Of a stretch of DNA of 64,000 bases, positions 38,494 to 50,717 are shown piece after piece; the first letter of the stretch is position 1; each line of letters begins with the position of its first letter. The notes under the pieces were generated by a model. It was not told the DNA's origin, ran no database searches, and worked only from the letters and a program-made list of their open reading frames with translations. A program made the translations under genes and the position numbers. This stretch comes from Patellaria atrata CBS 101060 (Eukaryota), in the NCBI GenBank assembly GCA_010093705.1, contig MU006099.1:806001-870000 (forward strand), given 5' to 3'.

Positions 38494-39525
38494 TTATAAC
38501 CGCTGATTGATCTCCTCTCTCGACCATAGCTTTTCTCTACCATCATGCAAGCTTGCGGGATCAGCATTGCTGCAAGTTCTCTCGAACCACCTAATCTTCT
38601 CTTTATGTTCCTTAGTAGGCCTTGCTGCGCGATATGCTTCCTTCAAGTTTTGCCAACCCTTAACACTACCAACACCCTCGGAACACCATGACCGCAACCA
38701 TCGATACACACAATCCGTTCGGTGGGATCTACACGGCCCTCAAGAATGATTTGATAAGCCCACATGTCTCCAAGGTCATAGGTATATTCAAAGGATAAAC
38801 CTAGACAGCGTCAATGTTGTACCGTAATTCAACGTGTGCTGGGCGTACATACCTTTATATTCCTCTTTAATCCAATACCTCAAAAAGCTTCCACCCTAGC
38901 TTTCCTCTCTGGTACTTTCAGATGCCTTCTTCGTGCATTTTCCATAATGGAATCGACGGGAGTTCCATATGTCGGATGAGATCCAGTCCCGACGTCGTCA
39001 ACAAAACGTGCTAAGAACTGAGGTCGCTATGTTCCACCTCCTTCATAATCAGGCCCTATCCGACCCCTTGACATACTGCTAATCATAATCAGTAATCCGC
39101 CGAATCCATCATCTTCCTCTTCCCACTCTGGATCGTGGACTACGAAGTCATAGGTGTGAGTCGTGGCCTAGCCGAATGCAATCTGAAGACTCCGATGCAG
39201 CCGAGCAAGAGTGGTGGTCGCCGGTACAGAGAGCGTACTCCATACGGCCGGATCGGTAATATCATTGGGTTTGAGATGTACCTTGAGGATATAGTTGGGA
39301 CGCTTGCAGGAGGACTTGTGGCTCGGCCAGTTGCTACTCTGGCACGCTTAGAGCAGTAATACGCGGCATGAGAGCGACCGCAGCGTTGTAACGTATTTGG
39401 TGAGGCCAAAGTGGAGCAGCCTGTGCAACGGAGTTCCTGGGTAGTGGATATTCTGACTCGGCGAAGAGACAAGTCATCGTCTAAGAGCCAACCTTTCTTT
39501 GTGTGAACGGTCTGAGAACGGGCAT
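38494..39525 (-). pseudogene. Disrupted gene for a MYND-type zinc finger plus pRiA4b ORF-3-like (MM3350-like) domain protein
   Basis: Manual translation across frames gives CTGC...RCGRS..YYCSK/CQSSNWPSHKSSC, then NYILKVHL.P..I.DP.VWSTLSVPA...LHRSLQIAFG*ATTHTYDF, FEYTYDLGDMW and CIDGCGHGV/EGVGS..GW..LKEAY. Frameshifts at about 39346, 38895 and 38680; in-frame TAG at 39170-39168 and 39029-39027. Confidence 0.8.
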
Positions 39526-40061
39526 TATGCGGCTAGTAAGAGAGACTGGTGTCACCTCTAAATGTTTTGTTCGGTGTTGATTGCTTTTAACGCCAGGATG
39601 CTTTTCAGTATCAGCCCAGTGCGGGTGGGAGTAATTTTCCCTTTCAAAGAACTAGTAGGGTCGCGTCTTTTTCACCAACGCGTGGTCACAAAAATTGATG
39701 ACCCACATCACAATTTTGCAAGTTTTAGCCCACTAATGTACGGAAATGGCATTCGGCTGAGGTGAGTCTTCATGCTATTGTGTAAGATATATCCACTGGC
39801 AAACTTTACGTAAGACTGGTATTGTTACAGTCGCATGCCATCGAAGCAATCTATCCGTCAAGGACGTCTATAATAGCAATTGAGTTTTCGATAGATGACT
39901 CCTTCTATGGACGTAAGTGATAGAACCAAAATTAGTGATAGTAATTAAGGAATGGGTATCGATATCTTAACTATCATATATCATCAGTTAACTGTCATAT
40001 CTCAAGGACCCGGGTATAAAGTAGTGCAGTATAAGAGAGCGACTATCCTACAATCTCTCTA

Positions 40062-42496
40062 CTAATCCACTTTCCTCCACATGTCGAGAAACTCCATGCG
40101 TCCCTCAATGCCTCCTGGACCTTTCCAGCGATGTTTCTTATTCAGGCGCTGAATTGCCCCTGCATCGCTACCCTCGAGATCTGCATCATCACGTTCCGTC
40201 CACACCCCCCTCATATTCTCGGGTAGGTACCCATACTCTTTCAGATTTCTCGCAGCCACAATTGCTAGATGCGGATTCGCAGAGGTGCAATGGAGAGCAG
40301 TAGTGATCTGAGTTTCAGTGAAGCCGGCACCGATGAGATGGTTTATGTAGTCATCTAGTTCCTCAGCTTGAATGATGGATTGAGACTGTGCGGGAGGACT
40401 TGATGTCTGGATTTGCGAGGAGACAGGGGGGTTAGGCTCCCCATAGAGTCCTTGTGACTCAGTTGGTGGCTGAGTTTGTGAAAGCTCGGGTTCGGGGACG
40501 TCAAGATCAAGAGGTTGGGTTTCGCGTAACAAGAGATCTTGCGTATCCCATAAGGTAATTCTCTGCCGATGAGGTATAGGCGTCTCTGAAAGCTCGCGGG
40601 TTGGAGAGGAGAGCCCAATGGGAGGAGGAACTTCGAGTTCGAGACCAAGATCTGATGGAAAAGGATCTCCAGAATACTGCTGGAAGTTGTGGGTCGGCGA
40701 ATCGGATGATTCGTGATAGCGGAGACCATTTGCCATATTCCGCTGTGGCAATCCTACTTGAGATCCAGTGGTATCTTCGTCTTCAGAGTCATACTCTCGT
40801 TCAAGTAGTTCGATCGCTTCTTTTTGTGATATGAACCCGTTGGCCACAGCAATTTGAAGTGACTGATTTATGTAGCATGTGTCACTTGATGAATCACCAT
40901 CACTATTATCCGCAATCTTTTGCAGACTTGATAGTAGATGTTGTTTTTGATTTTTGTCGAGAGTCCGGATAAGCCCGAGAAGATGGTCATTTGGAAGCGC
41001 TTGACTATTCTGCGAATTGCCCTCCCTGGAGATTTCAGGATTTGTACCATCATTTTGACGAGTCAAGTGCGCTTCTTCCTCCTTCGATTCTTCGCTCTGG
41101 CAACCGTTGTCTGACAGGTCTATAATACTGTTCACGAGGCTGGAAGCTTTGGGAGGTGTTAATCCAACTGAATCAAGATGATTCTCTATTTCTCCAACGC
41201 GCTGCCGTTTGATATTCCCTGGCTCTGAGTTTTTCTCCGGGCGTTTAGTTATGAAGAGATCATCGTGTGAACGCTTTTTGTTAGTTTTATTGTAGCTCAC
41301 TGAAGTGATTGGTTCACTGCGCAGTTTTCGATGAACGTTCCTCCCCGGCGATCGTGGCTCTTCCGGAAGAAAATCGGTTTGAACGCTTGCACCGGTTATT
41401 TTCGATAGATATGATGACGGTCTTTCAGAAATGGGCGAGGTCGAGATATTTTTGGAATGGCTAGCCACTTCCAACCCAGGATTCTCTTCATGTCGTTTGT
41501 CTCTAGATCGGCCATCTTCATCAACAGGGTGATCTATTGATGGGAGTACGCTGTGTTCGTAATGTACCAACCAATCTTTAGTTGTACATTTTGAACCATG
41601 TTTGAACCATGTAATCCATGCTTTATCATATCTTTTTTCGCAATCAGGGGCTTTTTTAAGCTTATTGTATACAGGTTTCACGATCTGATCCCAGAAAACG
41701 CTCCAGTCTTCGGCGGTATGCTCGGTCTGATTTTCCTCAGCTTGCGAATACGCTTCCCACATTTCCCCAATATTCTCCAAAGGAACCTTCTCAATCTGAT
41801 GGCCAGAGGTGAGGAGGCCATGAAAATCGCTGGCGGAAAAGGTCCTTAGATCAAGAATCCCGTCGGAGTATGGTGTAGGTGGCGCCTCGGCGGGATTTTG
41901 AGGTGAGGGAGGCTGGAACTGAAGCTTTTTTACATATCTATCTCTCCAAGATTGCCATGTATGACGAGGGTTCTAGGAACGGTATATGTCAGCGCTGTTA
42001 CAACCCGATTACTGTTAGCGAGAATAAGTACCTTTGCTTCAAGCTGTTTGTAAATCTCATTGCCCAAGGCCCTCCCTCCTCTAAGCTCGTAGTCTTTTAC
42101 CCACTTATATAATATTCGATCGTCTTCTGCAGTGTACGCTGCTCTAACTGACTTCGAAGGCCTAATAAATCCCACTTCGCGGACGGTGCCTTTGAGTGGC
42201 CCCGCAGCGTGAGCATTTGGATCTGCCAATTTGCCATCTCGTAAGGATTCTTCAATGAACCTGTAGGATATAGCACCGGCTGGGTTATCTTTCCGTATGT
42301 GATCAAAAATGCAGTACTCGGCTTGTTTTTCTAACAGCACAACGATACCTCCGTTAGACTTAACCTCTTCAACGAAACGCGAGCGTGAGGGGCAACGGGC
42401 AGATATGAAGAACTTGCGCCCTGCGAACAACCCTCCTTGAACTGAATGGTTGCTATTGATCCCATTGTACACGATTGGCGCTTGGCCCTCTTCCAT
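40062..42496 (-). CDS. RAP1: Telomeric protein Rap1 (BRCT, Myb, Rap1 C-terminal domain)
   Basis: BRCT (LFAGRKFFIS...VKSNGG), Myb (YTAEDDRIL...GNEIYKQL/NPRHTWQSWRDRYVK across one intron) and Rap1_C (ALHCTS...LPENMRGVWTERDDADL...RMEFL). Confidence 0.9.
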
Positions 42497-42579
42497 TTTC
42501 AAGGCTCACGCCTAGGTAGACTATCGATCTAGAAGGATGGGAGCTGTAGGAGGATCTGGACGGGTACACCTGGCCTGCG

Positions 42580-42606
42580 ACGCGTTATCGGTGAGGGGGG
42601 ACGCGG
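42580..42606. promoter_or_regulatory. MCB-like (ACGCGT) cell-cycle element upstream of RAP1
   Basis: ACGCGT at 42580-42585 and ACGCGG at 42601-42606, about 85-110 nt upstream of the RAP1 ATG. Confidence 0.4.
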
Positions 42607-42865
42607 TTGACAAACATGGGATCACGCTTACCCATACGGTATTATAATTTTGGTTACAAAGACAAACTTCCATTAGGTTGGAAATAACTATATACCTTAC
42701 CTTACCTATCATTCATGGTTGTTACTGTATCCAAACCCGGGTTTTATCCTTTTTAGTATATAAACTGTCGAATTTCACTTCTATGTATAAGGTAAGGTAT
42801 GTATGTTCGCATTGAGACTTTCGAGGTTATCATTCACGCGGACTCCAATGTTTCTATTTCATTTA

Positions 42866-42918
42866 ATTGCTCATTGCTCATTGCTCATTGCTCATTGCTC
42901 ATTGCTCATTGCTCATTG
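42866..42918. repeat. Perfect heptamer tandem repeat (ATTGCTC)7
   Basis: Seven exact copies plus a partial ATTG. Confidence 0.95.
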
Positions 42919-43519
42919 ACAAACTGATATTGTGAGCAATAATGCTTACCGCGTTGAGTGACTTTGCATTGACTGTTGTAGAACCATGCGAAACGAATCT
43001 TGATGCCATTATGTACAGTGAACTTGTAGACGGGAGCTCTCTAACAGACATGATACAATATGAAGTAACGTCCCTGATGCGGATGTTCTGTTCAATTATC
43101 GTACATTAAATCATTTGGGACCGTTTTGGCAGTATTTCTACCCAACCCGTAGAAAAGATCCTTTCGAACGGCATCGCTCATGCTTGTATTGAGATTCCTC
43201 CGAATAACTAATAAGGTAGTGCATCTGTATACAGATAACTTTCGCATTTTTAAATAATTGTAGAGCCAAAAATAGTCACGACCAGCTTGGCGATAAGGAG
43301 GTTTCGGGGCTGAATGCCTGATGAGACGTCCAGCTTTCGAAACTCTCTCCAGTTCCACGTCTTCCATACTTCCAAGTTTGCCATAGACTTCGCCTTTGCA
43401 ATCATACAAAATCCTACCATATTTGCAAGTACTACGGTTTACACTATTCAAAGCATCTGACAATAGCATTTTAGAACTACTTCGTAGAAGCTTTCTGAGC
43501 TCAACAATCACTCATCATT

Positions 43520-44281
43520 ATGCCTGGCGTTCGTAAGTCACCCTTACCAATAGTAGAGAGCGCGGGTGTCAATATTTCCCTTCTGAGACTTTTCGCAGTC
43601 ATTGTATTTGAGCTAACAATGTATTCTTCGTAGCTCTTGATGCTGTAGACCAGCTAAAGAAAGGGTTCAAAAACCTCTTCAAGCGGAGAAGGAATAAGAA
43701 CCCACAGGAGACGGAGGCTGTTCAACAATCAACGAAACCCACCCCCACCGTTCAAGATACCCAGCCTACGACAACAGCTACTGAACCTCCCGCTGCTGCT
43801 CCTGTGCAATCTCCAATCACTTCAACGGATACCCCTCCAGCGCCGGCTATCGGTACGGCTCCTCAAGCAGAGGGAGTACCATCAACAGAGAATAAGACCG
43901 TTGAAGCGCCGAAGCCTGTCGATACACCGGCTACTGGTGATGCCACAAATGTTCCTGCACCTACTCAGAGTAAGTAGAGTCCTTTACCATATTGGCTTGA
44001 TTACAGCTCAATTGCATCCTGTAGCTGCGCCACCAGTAGATAGCCCTGTTCCTACTGCACCGACTACCGCTGCCACTGTCGAACCTCCTGTTACTACTGA
44101 AGCTTCCCAACCAACATCCACTGAAGCAAATCCATCAACCACGGAGGCGACAACTACTTCGGCTAATGCTAAACCGGCCGAGACGGAGGCTACCAAACCT
44201 ACTGCACCCACTCCGGAAGCTGGTCTAAAGATGTCAGCCACTTCTGGGCCGCTTGATGACAATCCCACCCTAGGACATTAG
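43520..44281 (+). CDS. Small Pro/Thr/Ala-rich disordered hypothetical protein
   Basis: Exons 43520-43532, 43634-43969 and 44024-44281 with canonical GTAAGT...TAG introns give MPGVPLDAVDQLKKGFKNLFKRRR...PEAGLKMSATSGPLDDNPTLGH. Confidence 0.75.
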
Positions 44282-47058
44282 TACGGAGGTCATTTAGTGA
44301 TGTTCTCTACTTAGTTCTAGAAGTATATGAGAAATGTGTCATCTGGAATGATCGAGACTATCTTATACACATAGTCCTGGTCAGCGAGCTGGCGGAGTGC
44401 TAGCAAGCGAGCGATCTCTTGTTGCTTTCATACTATACCCACATTATGTATTTAATAAAGCTTGAACATCAAAGATATTGTTTGTATGCTGTTTAAAGTA
44501 GAGGTCCAGCTGTTCATCGCGCTCAATTCTCCTCATAGCCCTCTTAAGGGTTCTATCCAACCTATCTTCGATTCATATCTAATAAAGATTTGACGGAGCG
44601 GTAGAAGGAACCTTGGCGAAAATGGTGAATACGTATTTTTCAAGTCGAAAAAGGGTCTAGCTTATACAGGTCTCTATGTTTCTTAAAGGAAGGTCTCGCT
44701 GGGCGATATGCGTGCTCGAGATCTGCTAGAATATAGAGTAAGGTAAGGAATGGATACGCTTGTAGTTCAAGCACGCTGCTTCTTCACGCACACGACAGCG
44801 GATTCACATATACCCGACTAAGATACCTTGACGTGGCCCGAGCCAACATACTGCAAAGTTCTCAGTTTTAATAGAAGAGGTTCCAACTTTCATTTTCTCT
44901 TTACGTTCCAGACGTCATTTTCAGTTTACGCTTCACTTCATTGCTTACCAGGATGCCTTTCTTCATACCAACTACATACTGAATTCACTTCATGCTCCTA
45001 CTTGAGTACTATTTCAGACGACTCCATTAGTTGCGTAATGTCAAACCCAAGTCGACTACTCAGTAGACCCGATCCGAATCTCGGCCAGGGTAGATTTGGA
45101 CAACCGGTTGCTCCTCGCCCTTCTATGCCGTAGCCGACTATGTCACGAGCACCCACGCGAGTACTACGCCGGACCCAGCCAACCCCCCCTTTTTCTCTAG
45201 CACGTCTAGTGGGTGTACATAGTCACCAGACACAGCTGTACCGTCTCAACAATGTTAGAGCATCGTCGGCTAGCGAACCTGCCGTAGCAGGAATGGCAGT
45301 CACAAGTTCTTAAACCATACCGATTTACATGGGAAGCGCTAAATGACTCGCTCATTATCAACGCGTATCACGAAATGTTCAGGTACTTGACCCTTTCCGC
45401 TTGTCTAAAGTGCCGTTGCTGATTATTTGCTCAAGTGCGAGTTCGCGTCTCACCCACGCACCAGTCGCCGGTGTCAGGGGTTTATGTCTATGAGCCACAG
45501 TGGAAAGAAACTTATTGAAGACTCCCCTGTACAAGGAACGGACCTAATTCGCTCTTCGCTAATAGTAATTGTTGATGCGCTGAATATAGTGCCATGTGGG
45601 CTAGACTTACCCATTAACAGAGCTCCGATCCCAGAAGCGCACCATTTCCTATATATAAACTTAGTGTACGTACTTTTGTCTCGTATATTTTGTCACCTGC
45701 CAGCCAACAGTAAGTAGGAGTCTTTCGGTCTGCACTTCCCAACCGTAGGACGAACTTTTACCAAAACGTTGACCTTATATATCTGATCAACTAAGCTCCC
45801 AGGTGATCAGGACGATCATGGTGCAGCTACTATTCGGTTTTGGAACATTAGGAGAGGATTTGGAAGAGTTTTCCCCCGCCATATAATCACCGTTTTACGA
45901 CGTGCAAAGTACTGGATCAGCCGCTCCTAACACTCGTAATTCCTCACCTACGTTGACCCACTCTACTAGATTCTAATCCAGACCTATCGGCGTATTCATT
46001 CCCTTTTACACCTGAAGTAGGCAGAGACAGGCAACGCTCTCCTGTGGCAAAGTGACTGGCCGTTATGCTCGCTACGATCTAGTTTCGTCGTTCATTGTAA
46101 TGCTTTCGGTAGTACGGTATCAGATGGGGAATAGTTGGATCACAGTTGGGGATGACAGCTCCCAGTCAGGATTAATCCTTCGCCACAAAGGGATCACGTC
46201 CAAGACACAAGGCCTGCGGAATAAGATTCTCGAGGCTGCCATCTCTAGGTGCTATTCCACCAGTATCAGAAGCGTAGGTTCGACAATTGAATACCGAGAT
46301 TCAGAAGAGCATAGAGGAGAACCCAGATTTTCGTTACTGAGGGTTTACCCCTGAGATTACCCGGAAACCCTCAAGACAATGAGACAAATGAGTATTCGCG
46401 TTGTGAAGGATTGGTACGGTATAAGTCTATCTCCGCTTAGAAGTTACGAGTACAGCACGGATTTCAGCCGAGGAATGTCTTTCCGGGAGAGTTAGCCAAT
46501 GGGATGGAATATGATCTTGTAGAAAGCACTTTTGACCGTTCGGAACGCTACTGAATAATGGGACCGGTGTGGAGGAATCCGGTTGTAAGATGCGAGATGA
46601 TATGACAAGATACATGGCATTGACAATTAGTAGAGAGAGTTCAAGATGTTGGCTTGATAGACCGCTAGATAACGGGCATTATAGGAAATGTTTGTAGGAA
46701 AAGAAGGTTCGCGTAGATAAAATGAGGCGGTAAGAAGGTTGCCATACCTTGCAGGTGGGAGTATGCAGCTAAGGGTGAGGAAGTTACCAGCGCTGCAAGG
46801 TGGTGCATCATCGATCAGAAGAGCTTCAAGAGAAGCTTTTAGGGTAAGTCAAACACAAAACTGGAAAGTCGTTAACTCTTATTTACTCCCCGTAATCACG
46901 TTGCAACTCTGGCAGCCTCCGATGTCAGAGGATCTCACCATACTGTACTGTACAGTAAGATATGTATCTCGTTTCTCGTCTCTAAACGAGGAGCAAAGAC
47001 CTATAAGAGGCTCGACGGATCGAAATCGGGAAAAATAATCAAATCTGCGAACAGTCAA

Positions 47059-47093
47059 TTATTATCATCATCATTATTATTATTATTATTATC
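47059..47093. repeat. (ATT/ATC)n microsatellite
   Basis: Read directly: ttattatcatcatcattattattattattattatc. Confidence 0.8.
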
Positions 47094-47716
47094 ACTAAAA
47101 TAACTTACTTAACAACTAAACATCTCAGGTGCTTGAGGACCGGCCGGTCGGGTACGGTAAGGTAAGCACGTGGTAAGGTAAACTTGCGAAACTAGATACG
47201 TAACGGGTAAAGCGCAAGCCACATCCTTATCTTACCACGCTTACCTTATTAAGCCTTAGATTCTCTCTGCGGCACCACCGAGGCCGCATCGAGAACACCC
47301 AATCGAACAACCTTACCTTACTCCATTGGGAATTGGAATCTTTTTACCGCCCCCAACCTCACCTCCACTTTACCTTAACCTTACTGTACCTTTCGTACTT
47401 TTTATTTTTATTTTCCCACTGTACATAAGCTACTACTCGTAACTTAAACGTCAATGCTTCCACTGGGCTCGTCATTCAGTCAGCCGCAGTTAAAATCTTT
47501 CGGCATTTCCCTTCCATTGTAATCCAGGTCCCATTTATATACTCCTTCTGTGCTTCACAATTGGTCTCTACTTCAATATGATCGTAGTTTTAGTTGCCGT
47601 CTCCATCTATTGCTCTCTGGTTACTTTGCCTCACCTTAGTTAACGTCGCAACCTACCTTAAAGCTCCCCCCTCTCTCTAATCCCTCTCTCCAATTCCAAC
47701 TCACAGTGACCCGAGC

Positions 47717-50700
47717 ATGGCGTCGACTCGACCTCCAACACGCGCCCCGTCCGTCGCCGAAGAAACACAACAAGCTTATGCCACCCCCAGACCGCAAAGA
47801 CGGCAGGCTAAAAAGCAAGCTCCTCAGAAGAGCATTGATGAATTTTGGGACAAGTTTACGACCAAGACTCCGGGAAAATGCTTCACCATTCTACCCGATA
47901 ATCTATATGCAAGAAGGGCAGCCGCAAATGCTTCCAAAGGAGTCATTCCAGGCCAAAATGCCGTCGCCTCATACGAGGAAGCTGCGGCTGCGTGCCGGAC
48001 CAAGGTTGAGAAGATAGTGAAGGAGTGTCGGCGAATCAATCAAAAATACCGAGATCCGCATTTTGATATCGAGGCCGACTTCAAACGGTGGATGCAAATG
48101 GGTGCGCCTCCCGACTGTCTTACTACATTAGACGAAACTAGGAACAGTCTGCGTCCGATGTCTGTTCATAGGGTTGAGGTATACGATCCGCCCGCACCGG
48201 GGTTGGTATCTCTAGACATCTTTAACTAATGCATACTCAGGATATCTTTGAACGCCCAAGTTTCTTCATCGAAGGTGCTACAGCAAGCGATGTGAGACAA
48301 GGCAATGACGGAGATTGCTGGTTCATGTCTGCTCTCTGTACGTTGAGTAACAAAGAGGGGTTAATACAAAAGGTTTGCGTGGCTAGAGATGAAGCCGTTG
48401 GCGTATACGGCTTTGTTTTTCATAGAGGTATTACTCCATTTGGCATTTGATAAACCTTTCACTTGGACCAAACTAATTGGTCATAGACGGAGAATGGATA
48501 TCGGAAGTCATAGATGACAAGCTGTACTTGATCAAAGAAGACTTCGATGACGCTACCCTAGGCCGTAATCAGTGGCTCGAATTGCAGAACCGCAAAAGCC
48601 CTGTTGATGAATATCGGACGGTAATGCAGACTGGTTCACGCGCGTTGTACTTCGCCCAATGCAGTGACCCAAACGAGACCTGGTTGCCACTACTTGAGAA
48701 AGCTTACGCAAAGGCACATGGGGACTACTCAGCCATTGACGGTGGCTTCGTCGGGTAACTAATTTCCGCCGCTGAAATGCAGAAAGTAAGCTGACATCTC
48801 TCAGTGAGGGAATAGAAGACTTGACTGGCGGTGTAACAACCGAAGTATTTGCCACAGATATTCTGGATAAAGACAAATTCTGGAATGAAGAGCTTATGAA
48901 AGTGAATCAGGAATTTCTCTTCGGTTGTGGACAAATGGGTGGCAAATATGGAGAGCGTCAGGGCATCCAGGAAAATCACGCCTATTCCATTATGGCAGCG
49001 AAAGAAATTGATGGCGAGAGATTGCTGAAATTGAGGTACTTGGGCCGGAAAAGTGTCAAATCTGACCACGCTAACTCTGTATAGAAATCCATGGGGCAAG
49101 ACCGAATGGAAGGGTCCCTGGAGCGACGGATCCGAGCAGTGGACGCCTGAATGGATGAGGAAACTAGAGCATACCTTTGGTGATGACGGTGTCTTTTGGA
49201 TATCTTACAAGGATCTCCTTCGGAATTATCAGCACTTTGATCGCACCCGATTGTTTGGTTCTGAATGGATCGTCACACAGCAATGGACTAGTCTAAATGT
49301 CCCATGGTCTGTGGATTACTTAGAATCCAAGTTTAAGATAACGTTGCTGAAACCAAGTCCGGTGGTCATCGTTCTGTCCCAACTAGACGAGAGATACTGG
49401 CGAGGACTGGAAGGAGAGTATGAGTTTCATTTGCAGTTTCGATTACATAAGGAGGGCGAAGATGACTATATTGTCCGTAGCAATAGGGCGTACTACATGC
49501 GTAGGTCTGTGAGCACAGAACTGGATCTTGACGCGGGTAACTACACAGTGCTCTTGAAGATTACTGCAAAGCGTTTCCAGAATGCCAAAATACCCGAGGA
49601 AATGGTACGAAATACTTGTAATAATCGGCGAGAGAAATTGCTAAGTATCGGGTTAAGCTATGATCTAGCGCACGCGAAGGGTCAGTTTAGAGAATTAGAA
49701 CGTCAAACGCGGGCGGAAGAAAAGAGACGCAAGAAAGAGAAGAAGAAGGCTCAGATAAGAAAAGCTTACGAAGCGCGGAAAAAGCAGCACAAGAAGGCCA
49801 AACTAAGGAAAGTGAAAGAAAATCGCAAGATCGACGAGAGAATACAACGTAGTGCCAATGCCAGTGGAACAGCAACTCCTGCCGGAAACCCTTTGAATGG
49901 GTTTCAAACCCCAGACACCCGTTCAGAATCCGCTCCTGTGGTGCTGAACCGGAAGCTTGAGGAGATGAAATTGCAGGACCAGAGCTTTACGAATGGCCTC
50001 GGAATACACGTCAATGGTGAAGAGAGTAACGCAGACGCAAACAAGACCGAAGAATTTCCTCGCACTCAGCAGTCACCAGGCTTCAGTCCCAATCGCTTTG
50101 ACAGTTTTCCAGACTCTCAGAGACCGAGCACTCCAACACAACGGCCCACATCCCCAAGGCCAGTTGGTGGTATCCGTCGTTCGACTTCTCCGGCACCTCT
50201 AAGACCGCAGCGCCGTGCGACCTTGTCCCCGCTTCCGGGCGTACGGCCAGGAATAGAGATCCATCATACTGAGAACACCGACCGAGCATCGATAATCTCG
50301 AACAAACCAAGTTTGAGCGACATTAGTTCTGATGATCTGTCCTGGGATTCTGAAATCGACTTACCATCCTCTGACTCGGAGTCATCAGATGAAGGTGGTC
50401 ATCCGTGCAGCCTACCTCCGCTCTACGGTGGATTCAGCGGTGGGCGGGATCCTAGCGAGAGGGGAAAGGATAAAGATGAGGAAGAGGATGAATTTGAAAG
50501 AGACCCGTGGAATGCGGTATGTGTCGTGGGGTTAAGAGTTTACGGCAAAAACACTGAGGTCGGCGTTGAAGTTGTGAGACCGGGAGATAAGAAGCTTAGT
50601 CGGAAGCTAGACGTCGATGACTCCGCAGCGGATGCAACAAAGGCGCTAGGAGGTGGAGAGATATTCAACGGGAAAGGCGACGCACCTAGGGAGCTGGAGA

Positions 50701-50717
50701 GGTCGAAGCAAGGATAG
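47717..50717 (+). CDS. Calpain-like cysteine protease (peptidase C2)
   Basis: Catalytic motifs QGNDGDCWFMSAL (Cys), HAYS (His) and R/NPWG (Asn), plus LLEKAYAK and domain III (VLSQLD.RY). Lys-rich coiled coil and WNAVCVVGLRVY tail. Four introns. Confidence 0.92.

Noticed and set aside
38494..39525. First impression of an intact gene such as an SLX1-type nuclease
   Set aside because: There is no GIY-YIG motif; cross-frame translation shows a disrupted MYND plus pRiA4b ORF-3-like gene.
4332..42918. Tandem arrays considered as CRISPR or telomeric repeats
   Set aside because: The context is eukaryotic, the units are 7 bp with no spacers, and there are no (TTAGGG)n tracts.
43092..43511. 139-aa minus-strand ORF
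   Set aside because: It has a non-ATG start, no recognisable domain, and occupies the promoter of the gene starting at 43520.
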